Assembly: GCF_006345805.1 (NCBI RefSeq)
Contig: NW_021825790.1
Span: forward strand, 1 to 14,544
Reading direction: 5' to 3'
Source: Octopus sinensis
Lineage: Eukaryota
DNA length: 14,544 bases
Shown: piece after piece, positions 1-9,209 of the stretch
How positions within the stretch are numbered: the stretch's first letter is position 1
Layout: every line of letters begins with the position of its first letter
Notes under the pieces: generated by a model
What the model saw: the letters and a program-made list of their open reading frames with translations, nothing else
Told to the model about the DNA's origin: nothing
The model's database searches: none
Made by a program: the position numbers and the translations under genes

Positions 1-749
1 TCTCCAATATTCTTTAATTTGATTTCATATAATATAATTATAGTTTGAACTTAACAATTTTATTATGGACACTGGTCGATTTAAAAATATTCAAACATTT
101 TACTTCAGATTATATTCGTACGGTACTTTATAGTTAACCACTAATGCATTTAGTAAATCTATAAAAATACCATTTTCGCGTTCTCTTCAAAATTTTTTAT
201 TTATCTTTCAGTCTACACACAATTTTCTTTTTCTGTCATTCTTCATATCTCAAACTTTTTCCTGTTCTTGTTCTTCTATCGTGTTCGCGCATCCATATAC
301 CTGTTGCTCTCACTCCTCAATTAAATGATGTGGTTGGAATGTGTCAAAATTATGATGATATTTGATCGACAGCTGATGAATGTTTGATCGTTTCTGCATT
401 CGTTTCTATGTCATTCTTTATCTCATTCTTCCCAGTTCTGTTGTCATACTTTTCCACCTATCTTCAATACATATTCGGTTTAGTTGGGATCCGCAAGAGA
501 ATAATTTGGCAAATCTAGAATACCCGCCTTTCACCAAGATACACCCGTTTTTGCTCTTTTCCAATGAATTTTATATATTTAGTTTTCATACAAATCTAAT
601 CACTAATTGCTAACATCATCATCAAAGACTGAAAAACAATTAAGCTTGTAAAACTGGTCATTAATAAATTAACTGTACACATCTATTTCATCAAGAACAG
701 AATTCTGGAAGTCTTGTTCGTATGGACAAGCATACAAATGTATATGAAG

Positions 750-787
750 TATATATATATATAATATATATATCTATATATATATAT

Positions 788-828
<41 letters not shown>

Positions 829-1020
829 ACATGCATGTATATGTATATACGTGTGTGTGTGTCAATGTGTATGTATATATGTATGTACAATTGCATGCAT
901 AGAATATATGTATATATATATTCTTCTTCTTAGTATTGTTATCATTATTGTTGTTGTTGTTGTTGTTATCATTATTTTTGTTATTGCTGTTGTCATTTAA
1001 ATAATAATATATATATATAA
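750..1020. repeat. Compound microsatellite (TA)n/(GT)n/(TTG)n
   Basis: Read directly from sequence. Confidence 0.95.
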
Positions 1021-1119
1021 CGCTTGCTAGATGTGTTGAGTACACACTTTCTTTCGTTTGTCCATACATACATATATATGTATTTATATATATACATACA
1101 TACATATATATATATATAC

Positions 1120-1200
1120 TTTTTATTCTTTTACTTCTTTGAGACATTGGACAGGAGCCATGCTGGAACATCGCCTTGAAAACTTTTGGTTGAACAAATA
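1120..1200 (-). mobile_element. Degraded 3' tail fragment of the microsatellite-containing SINE family (family B)
   Basis: Reverse complement ...ttcaaggcgatgttccagcatggctcctgtccaatgtctcaaagaagtaaaagaataaaa matches the tail aaggcggtgctccagcatggctacagtcaaatgactgaaacaagtaaaagaacaaa at 5581-5636. Confidence 0.8.
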
Positions 1201-1957
1201 TATATCCGTAATTTGTTTAAGTCATGTAAAGGAGTTGGCTTCTTACATGGAAACAAAAACACACTCATTGGAATTCGGATATCAACAACGCTAAAGAACT
1301 CTTTGTAGTAGAACTCAAAAAAAAAATGTTTTGCCATAGTCTTACTTAATTTCTACTTTTCCTTTGACAATTGGTAATTGTAAAGCGCATGCTAGCAAGC
1401 CGATTTCTTAGTCCAAAAGTCTTAGCTATTCGACAGTACTATATAAACATTTGCTAACATAACGAAAGAAACCAAATAATTATTGGCAAAAATGTGAAGA
1501 GAATATCTTCTGACAGATGTTTTGAGAAGCTGTAAGCCAGAAAGCAGTTTTCCTAAATATTGCCTTCCACACTTATTCCAAAAGGAATATTCACATCTGC
1601 ATTGTAGCTGACCTCTGTAACCGAACGTATTATTACTGCTTTCCCCAATAACAATGTCAAGCCTGATGGCATTTCTTCCGGCTCTCTGCAAACTCAGTGT
1701 TTTCCTTTTCGTGTATCGGATATATCCATGTCATAAGCGAACCAATTTCCTTTGTCAATTACGGCCTTCCATAGTCCTTTTCTACGTATGTATGTATAGC
1801 TATGTGTGTGTATGCGCATGTATGTATGCATGCATGTATGTATATATGTTTGTATCTATGTATGTGTATTTACATATATATAACAAGGCGTAAGTGTTTC
1901 AGTTTTAATGGGTTTTTCGAGTTCACAATCATAAGCACATACGGCCATACACGCCAG

Positions 1958-1958
<1 letters not shown>

Positions 1959-2015
<57 letters not shown>

Positions 2016-2070
2016 ACGCTATATATGTACGTGTGTGAGCGTGCGTGCGTGTGTGTGTCTAGATAGATAG

Positions 2071-2166
<96 letters not shown>
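1959..2166. repeat. (TA)n, (GT/GC)n and (GATA)n tract abutting the transposon left end
   Basis: (TA)n 1959-2008; (TAGA)n about 2060-2166. Confidence 0.97.
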
Positions 2167-3431
2167 CAGGGGTTAAACAAAATAATGGTAACACCTATAG
2201 CATCATAGCATCATAATTTTGAAATATCTATAAAACCGTCAAAAGCTTGTTTATTTAAATGTGTTTTTGATTTATTATTAGTGTTGCATAATATGTTCTG
2301 CTAAAATTGCTGTTTCTTTTCAGATATCATCAGAAAAAGGTAATTAAAATTCATTAAAATGATAGATCTATCGGACTCTCAAAGAGGTCAAATTGTTGGT
2401 GCTCGTATGGCAGTCGCTAGCGTCACGAAAACAACCGAAATGTTTGGTGTATCAAGAGGTAATGTCTCGAAAGCAATGTCAGCATTTGAGGAAGAGGAAA
2501 AACCTCGTCGAAACAAAACTCTGGAAGAAAACCAAAACTTTCAGATAGGGACCGTCGGACTCTTACGTGAATTGTCAGAAATGAACACAAAAATACAGCT
2601 GCCAGAATTGCTAGAGCTTAATGACCACCTCTAGAACACTGCTTCTACAACAACTGTTGGCCGGGAGCTGCACAAAGCCAGATTTCATGGGAGGGCTGCA
2701 ATCAGAAACTAATACCTTCGAAAACAAATTTTGCAAAGCGTTTAGAGTGGAGTAAAAACCTACAGAACTGGTCCCTAGAGCAGTAAAAAAAAAGTCATTT
2801 TCTCGCACGAGTCATCCTTTTTCCGACCACCGGCTGAGTATACGTGTGGAGACAGCCAAAAGAAACATTTGACCCAGACTGCCTTCTTCCAACTGTTAAA
2901 CATGGAGGAAGATCTGTGATGATCTGGCGAGCTATATCTTGGAAATCCACTGGCCCAATGGTTTCCCTTCATGGCAGAATTAATAGTCAAGACTATTTAA
3001 GCATTTTATCTTATAAAAATTCATCCTATGGTTGCGGAACTGTTTCCGGAGGGAAACACAATCTGTCAGAATGATAATGTACCAATTCGCACAGCTAAAG
3101 TTGTTACTGAATGGCACGAGGAACATTCTAGTGAAATTAAACATCTTATCTGGCCACCACAGTCCTGAGATCTCAATATTTTTGAACACTTATGGTGAAT
3201 TTTAGAAAAACAAGTAAGGAGTCGATGTCCTCCACCAACATCACTACAAGAACGGGAGATTGTTTTAGCAGAAAAATGGACAAACATTTCTTTGGAAACA
3301 ATTCAAACTTTGCATGACTCCATACCTCATAGAATTCAAGCTGTAATTACTAACCAAAGACGGTCCTAGCCCATATCAAAATAAATTTGTTTGAAATTTT
3401 AAGGTGTTTCCATTATTTTGTCTAACCCCTG
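2167..3431 (+). mobile_element. Full-length degenerate Tc1/mariner DNA transposon, DD36E spacing (Incomer-like), 1265 bp
   Basis: Left TIR CAGGGGTTAAACAAAATAATGGTAACACCT (2167-2196) vs reverse complement of right TIR 3402-3431 CAGGGGTTAGACAAAATAATGGAAACACCT: 28/30 identical. TA on both sides (2165-2166, 3432-3433). Encloses a transposase pseudogene. Confidence 0.96.
2359..3379 (+). pseudogene. Tc1-family transposase pseudogene (several frameshifts and stops, first catalytic D mutated to H)
   Basis: Frames pieced by eye: MIDLSDSQRGQIVGARMAVASVTKTTEMFGVSRGNVSKAM (paired-like HTH); SGRKPKLSDRDRRTL; VGRELHKARFHGRAAI; VIFSHESSF (WSDESxF motif, CAC at 2806-2808); VWRQPKETFDPDCLLPTVKHGGRSVMIW; CQNDNVPIRT (D 3073-3075); WPPQS*DLNIFEHLW (E 3184-3186); SIPHRIQAVI...GPSPY, then CAA at 3377-3379 where the ancestral stop is expected. 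Confidence 0.95.
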
Positions 3432-3432
3432 T

Positions 3433-3715
3433 ATACATACACTAACGCACACACACACACATACACACACACACACACGCGCACACACACGCACACACAC
3501 ACATACATGTATATATGAGCAAATACATAAATTCGTTCTCACATGCTTGTATGATAGTACTAAGATTTTAGGTCTCATGTATATACATATATAAACACCT
3601 TATTTTTAGACAACTCTTTTCAAAACGAAAAACATACAAATACATTTCCATACACACACACACCTACACGCGTGCATACACACACACACACATTCATACA
3701 TGCTGGAACACACGT
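3433..3715. repeat. (CA)n-rich tracts
   Basis: CA runs at about 3447-3505 and 3650-3712. Confidence 0.9.
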
Positions 3716-3954
3716 ATAACAACGTGTAGTATAGCATGTGTGGGTGGAGGGGTGGAGAGGGTGGGGTGCGTGAGCGTAGGTGTGAAAATCGGTGGTAATA
3801 TGAACGACGCTATATAACAATCCATAAACCTGTTGGTTATATTATCAGGTAAGTGTGAAAAATCACATCAAATATCTAACTAGTTCCATGTGAAATATAT
3901 CTAGCTTACTGGAAAAGTACTACCCCCCACGCACTGGTATATACACATATAAAA

Positions 3955-3987
3955 TATCTATACATGCATGTGTCTATATATATATAG

Positions 3988-4040
<53 letters not shown>

Positions 4041-4105
4041 TATGTATGTATGTGTGTGCGTGTATACGTGTGTATATAAATAAACAGATATAGACATATA
4101 TGTAA
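3955..4105. repeat. (TA)n-rich compound microsatellite
   Basis: Read directly from sequence. Confidence 0.95.
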
Positions 4106-4300
4106 CTACTACTAACTAATGTGTGTGAATGTAGCATAAGATATGCATTCAGAGAATTGTGTCGGTATCACAGAAATCTCCTCCAAAGGATTTGGCTAAC
4201 AGTCCACATGGCAGTGCAATACAGTGAAGCGTAATGTAGAGTGTCCATATGACTGAATTCTAGATCCGATCGATGAAATGATTTCATGAGGAGTTTATAA

Positions 4301-4707
4301 GTCATAAAAGGTCAAGAGGTTTAAGAGGTGAATATATTTATTTATCCACTTCACCTCCGTGTGATTACGGCCGTTTCGCAGCCTTCTTCGTGTACTGATA
4401 ATTTCAGTATGGAAGAAACAATGTTTACATATTTGTAGTTATATGCCTGCTCTTCATTATAATATATTCAAGATAAACAAAATACCTTGAGTTGAATCGT
4501 TGGTTTAACCATGGTATTCTAGTGATCAGATGAGCAGGCATTGTATAAGGCATAGCATGCATCTTAATGCAGATATGTAAACATAATTTCATTCCACAGT
4601 GAAATTATTACTAATGTAAGAAGGCTGCGAAACGGCTGTTATCATAAGGAGATCAAGTAGTTAAGTAAATATATATTCACTTCTCATACCTCCTGACGCT
4701 TTATGGC
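4301..4707. mobile_element. ~407-bp imperfect foldback / MITE-like palindromic element, family unknown
   Basis: Exact inverted blocks: 4328-4337/4671-4680 (10 bp), 4370-4388/4618-4636 (19 bp), 4398-4406/4600-4608 (9 bp), 4421-4432/4573-4584 (12 bp), 4443-4452/4532-4541 (10 bp). Termini gtcataaaaggtcaagagg vs rc gccataaagcgtcaggagg. Short central loop about 4489-4508. The inverted repeat is directly visible; mobile-element status is inferred. Confidence 0.75.
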
Positions 4708-4985
4708 ATATATATATATACATATATGTATGTATGTATGTATGTATATATATATAATATATATATAATATATATATATATATATTTATAATATATTATT
4801 TATATATACATACATAAATACACATATATCTATGCAAAATATATAATAATCCATGCATACACACACACACATCCACACACACAACTATATATATATATAT
4901 ATATATATATATCTATATATATACATACATACGTATATATGTGTGCTATATATACATTCATACTCACACACACACACACACACAC
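4708..4985. repeat. (TA)n/(TATG)n/(CA)n compound microsatellite
   Basis: Read directly; starts immediately after the foldback element. Confidence 0.95.
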
Positions 4986-5009
4986 AGATAAGCCGCTACT
5001 TTTTCGCAT

Positions 5010-5125
5010 TGAGAAATCACAGGTCTGGTACTTCTGACATGGGATTAGAATGTCGCAGAAGAGTCGTAAGAGGGATTCTTCAAGCTGAGACATCCGGCAG
5101 AAAACCAAGGGGTAGACCAATGGTT
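5010..5125 (+). pseudogene. Short decayed remnant of RTE-like LINE reverse-transcriptase C-terminus
   Basis: With one frameshift reads WYF*HGIRMSQ..RVVRGILQAETSGRKPRGRP, resembling the WFGHVxRM...G(K/R)RPRGRPxxRW motif downstream of the RT domain in RTE-clade elements. Short, judged by eye. Confidence 0.5.
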
Positions 5126-5136
5126 CCTTGTATGAA

Positions 5137-5331
5137 GGAGCGTGACTTCGTGGTTAAGGTATCCGGCTTACAATCGAAAGTTGGTGAGTTCGATTTCTTT
5201 CTAGCCGGGCGATGTGTCCTTGATCAAGTCACTTTATTTCATGTTGCTCCAGCACACTTTGCTGGCAAAAATGAGTAGTACCAGTAATTCAAAGGGGCCA
5301 GTCTTGTTGCACTCCGTGTCACGCTGAATCT
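5137..5331 (+). mobile_element. tRNA-derived SINE with CORE-like segment (family A), 5' part
   Basis: A-box-like tgacttcgtggttaagg, B-box gagttcgatt, then tgtgtccttgatcaagtcacttta (resembles CORE/MIR tgtgaccttgggcaagtcactt). Body aaaggggccagtcttg..tgtcacgctgaatct matches the reverse complement of 12400-12430. Confidence 0.85.
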
Positions 5332-5640
5332 ACTACCCGAGGCCCACGATAAATTCACGAATGGATTTGGTAGATGGAAACTGAAAGAAGCTCGTCGTAT
5401 ATGTGTGTGTGTGTGTGTATGAGTCTTCGTGTCTATGTTTATCCCCCACACCATCATCGCTTAACAACCGATGCTGGTGTGTTTACGTCCCCATAACCTA
5501 GCGATTTGCATAAGAGACCGATAGAATAAGTACTAGGCATGCAAGGAATAAGTCCTGCGGGGTCGATTTTTTTCGACGAAAAGGCGGTGCTCCAGCATGG
5601 CTACAGTCAAATGACTGAAACAAGTAAAAGAACAAATGAA
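5332..5640 (+). mobile_element. Headless copy of SINE family B with internal (TA/GT)n tract
   Basis: tggatttggtagatggaaactgaaagaagc + GT tract + tttacgtcccc(g/a)taac..agagacc.atagaataagtactagg + ggggtcgat..aaggcggtgctccagcatgg..aagtaaaag. Collinear with 13165-13532 and 7057-7250. Confidence 0.9.
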
Positions 5641-5769
5641 TATAATAGCATCTTCATTGCCAATTCGTGTGTGCATGTTGGTCTAAAAACTCCTATATAC
5701 ACTCGCTCAAATACAATTAATATAGATATACACATAAGCCCATACACACACGCGCTAACGTGTGTGTTG

Positions 5770-5829
5770 AATACACATGCATTCATACGCATGCGCCAAA
5801 TATATATATATATATATATAATATATATA

Positions 5830-5860
<31 letters not shown>

Positions 5861-6107
5861 GTATAATATATATATATTATTATAGAAAAGAAACACGAAT
5901 GCACATACATATATATCCACATTTGAAATTCATGTATGAAAAAACATTTAAATTGAAAAAAACGTAACGTACAAATAAAAATGTAATTTCTATTTTGTTG
6001 TTGTTGTTTTTTTTTTTTAAATGTAATAAACAAGAAATCACGAAAGTGTGTGTGTGTGTGTGCGTGTGTGTGTGTGTGTGTGTGGTGTGTGTGTGTGTGT
6101 GTGTGTG
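5770..6107. repeat. (TA)n and (GT)n tracts
   Basis: TA about 5800-5885; GT about 6046-6107. Confidence 0.92.
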
Positions 6108-6321
6108 AAGTGATGTAGTTTATAAATCCAGCACGGAAGAATGAGATGGAATTGGTGAGGAAGGAAGGAAGGAAGGAAGGAAGTGGGGAAAAAAAATGTA
6201 GAAGTTGCCGTAATTGGAGAAAGTTACAAACGCTAATGTCCGGAGGAATAAAGAGAGTAGGAAACAGTACAAGCGTGGAGGTGGTGGGGAGGAGTGAAGA
6301 GGAGTGAAGGCTATAGGAAGT

Positions 6322-6628
6322 GTGGTGGTGGTGGTGGTGGTGGTGGTGGTAGTAACCGTGGTGGTGATGGTAGTGGTGGTGGTGTTGGTGGTGGCGGTGG
6401 TGGTGGTGTGGTGGTGGTGTTGGAGGTGGTTTGGTTGTGGTGATGGTGATGGTGGTGGTGGTGGGGTAATGATGGTGGTGGTGGGGTAGTGATGGTAGTG
6501 GTGGTTGTTGTGGTGGTAATACAAGTGGTGGTGATGGTGATGGTGGTGGTGGTGTTCGTGGTGGTGGTGAAGGTGGTGGTGAAGGTGGTGGTGGTGGTGG
6601 TGGTGGCGGTGGTGGTAGCAATGGTGTT
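6322..6628. repeat. Degenerate (GGT)n trinucleotide tract, ~300 bp
   Basis: Read directly; source of the poly-P/H/V/T pseudo-ORFs. Confidence 0.97.
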
Positions 6629-6705
6629 GGCGTTGGAAAAAGGACGGAAGGGATATATTAAAATTGAGAATTATTTAACGTATTTTTCAATGCAGCAGAG
6701 ACAAG

Positions 6706-6709
<4 letters not shown>

Positions 6710-6738
<29 letters not shown>

Positions 6739-6925
6739 TGTGTGCTTGTGTGCATGTATATATGTGTGTGCGAAGTATATGTGAGTTTGTGATGTGTATG
6801 TATGTGTGTGCTTTTGAATTCTGTGGATATATGTATGCGCAAATTATGTGTATGTATATATATTTGAATTCTGTATGTCTATGTATGTGTGTATTTAAAT
6901 CCTGTATGTATATAGGTGTATATAA
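6710..6925. repeat. (GT)n / TATG-rich low-complexity tract
   Basis: Read directly from sequence. Confidence 0.9.
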
Positions 6926-7056
6926 TTAGAAATATCAAATGACAGAGTCTGCTTCGAAACAAAAACTGTTTATCATCATGAACAATCTCAAAAGTAGGAA
7001 CCGGTGCCAATGACAGAATCGGTAGAATGTTGGATAAGAATACTCTCTACTCTTCT

Positions 7057-7250
7057 GTGAGGAAGCCTGTGGTATATACGTGTGTGTTTGTCTCCCCCGT
7101 CACTTGACGAACGGTGTTGGTTTGTTTACATCCCCGTAACTTAGAGATTTGGTAAAAGACAAGGACAGAATAAGTACTGGGGTCGATTTGTTTGACAAAA
7201 CGTTTCAAGGCAGTGCCCCAGCATGGCCACAGACCAGTGATTGAAACACG
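7057..7250 (+). mobile_element. 3' half of SINE family B (older copy)
   Basis: gaagcctgtggtatatacgtgtgtgtttgtctcccc..tttacatccccgtaacttag..gaataagtactggggtcgatttg..ttcaaggcagtgccccagcatggccacag..gattgaaaca; collinear with 5385-5625. Confidence 0.85.
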
Positions 7251-7330
7251 TGATGTGTGTGTGTGTGCATATGTGTGTGTGTACTTGTGTGTGTGTGTGT
7301 GTGTGTGTGTGTGCATGCGCCGTGTGTATG

Positions 7331-7380
7331 GAAGATCTCGGTTTCGAATCCCGGACCTGGTGCTGCGTTGTGTTCTTTGG
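7331..7380 (+). mobile_element. Small SINE fragment (B-box plus start of CORE-like segment)
   Basis: ggtttcgaatcccggacctggtgctgcgttgtgttctttgg resembles ggtcgattcccagaccgggctgagtgttgtgttcttgag at 13745-13783. Confidence 0.6.
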
Positions 7381-8187
7381 TCTGCGATCCCTTCCACGTC
7401 TGACATGTGGCACATCGTCCACCCGCAACAGGCAATGTCGAGGATTGGATGAAGAAAGTGAGCTCATTCATGCATAACACAAACATTTGATCAGGAGAAG
7501 TAATTCAACCGTGGCAATTGCAAGAACACAACAGAACAAGACAAAAACAAACAAAAAAAACAGCAATTTTCATGATACAACCCCGAGCACGATATGTCCA
7601 CGTATGTGCATCCGTAGATGTATGAAAAGTCAAAAATATGTAACACTTAGCAAATCATAATGAAAAAAAAAAAAACCACATAGAAAGAATTTCTTCTCCA
7701 GTTGTTTTAAAACGCTGCAATATTTCTGCGGTTTATTTTTACCCAATGATTGCATATTCAGCTTTCATATTTTAATGTGTTCCTGTCAAATTTCATTCAT
7801 CTCTATACTTCAGATGTATTTCTAAGCTTATGATCCATATATCATGCATATCCTATTTGTTTCAAACATATCATATATATATATGCGCGATAAATCTGAC
7901 AATTTTCATAGAAACATTTTAGATAAATTCCAACCTTTATTCTTCGTACATGCGTCCATATGAGGGGATTTATTTAGGGATTTATATAACATTTAAAAAG
8001 AAGAAGCAGAAACAATACAGAGAAAATATTCAACAGATTCCTAACCAAAAAAAATTTTCAAATATTCAGTCAAATTTATAGAAATTTCAAGCATGCATCA
8101 TGTATATCGTAATATCACGGGAGATATTAATGGACATTCGTGCGTGAAATACTTATTTCCAGGTATGGTTATACCTGGAAATAGTGA

Positions 8188-8351
8188 TCTGTCTATCTAT
8201 CTTTCTATATATCTATTTTTCTATCTATCTATCTATCTGTCTATTTATATATACACACACACACATATATAGATTTGCCTATATATATATATATATATAC
8301 ATATATATATGCATGTGTGATAGAAAATAGATAGATATAGATACATGTATG

Positions 8352-8444
<93 letters not shown>

Positions 8445-8575
8445 AATACTGTATATAAATAAGTGTATGTATGCATACATAGAGCATAAGATCTCACAAA
8501 GATGCATGTATACATACATAGTATATATGTGTGTGCATATGTCTGTGTGTGTATAAGTATGTGTTTCTGTGTGCG
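8188..8575. repeat. (CTAT)n, (TA)n, (GATA)n, (CA)n compound microsatellite
   Basis: Read directly from sequence. Confidence 0.95.
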
Positions 8576-8739
8576 TACGTATGTCCGCCTGCAGGGGATG
8601 TAATAACAACCAAATCTTCCTCAACTCAAATTGTATGTTCTTTTTTGTTTTGTTTTGTTTTTTTTTTGTTGTTTTTTTGTTGGGGGTGGTCTTTCTAAAT
8701 CGAAGGCCAGATTGGGAAGGATTGTCTTTGCTACGAAGC

Positions 8740-8815
8740 GTTGAAATAAAGCTGCGTATGTCTTCGATGAAAGTTCTGGCAGGACAAGTCTGACCTGGGG
8801 TTAAACAACAACAAC
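8740..8815 (+). mobile_element. Possible 3' end of a retroposon with (CAA)n tail
   Basis: Ends ctgacctggggttaaacaacaacaac, which I recall as an octopus repeat terminus. No second copy in the window, so it rests on memory. Confidence 0.35.
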
Positions 8816-9209
8816 AAAACCACAACCACTGTTTATGCAATAACAATAACAACATGCAATTAAAAGGTAAATAAATACACAATTATAAATATAAAAAAAT
8901 CTCACCAAAACAAAGAGAGAAAAGCATCGCCTGACCCATTTTTTTTTCTTTCAAATATTTGCTTCGATAGTTATGTACTTGACATGTGTACAGGTTTGGT
9001 ATTGGTCCCAGGAGGGCTTTGATAAGTTATGTGAATGACATATGGGCTGGTAGAGATCCCAAGACGAAGAGAAGGTGGGTAGGTGGTGATGGTGGTTGGT
9101 GGGGCGGGGGATAAATATGGCGAAGGAGAAAAATAAATATCGCGATGTATTGAAAAATAACAACCGACTAATCAGAAGACATCAGCAGTGACGATGACAG
9201 GAAAAGATC

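Noticed and set aside
380-613. 77-aa plus-strand ORF
   Set aside because: No recognisable motif; hydrophobic composition follows from the T-rich strand.
1-680. Purine-rich minus strand with faint echoes of a non-LTR RT (EE.EQ..YGC, GIFID..VPY)
   Set aside because: All frames are full of stops and motif spacing does not match convincingly; needs a translated HMM search. Left unannotated.
1340-1790. Complex non-repeat segment with 79-89 aa ORFs
   Set aside because: Translations in the frames examined show no recognisable family and no convincing paired splice sites; could be an old repeat or an exon I cannot see.
3846-3854. Perfect splice donor CAG|GTAAGT
   Set aside because: No upstream polypyrimidine acceptor, and all three frames upstream hit stops; a single 9-mer is expected by chance.
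5836-6621. 261-aa Pro/His-rich ORF and similar poly-[12 protein letters not shown] and VCVC ORFs across the window
   Set aside because: Direct translations of (GGT)n, (TA)n and (CA)n repeats that lack stops by composition.
6995-7045. Possible degraded family C SINE head (ggtgccaatgacagaatcggtag)
   Set aside because: Similarity is too short and diverged to call.
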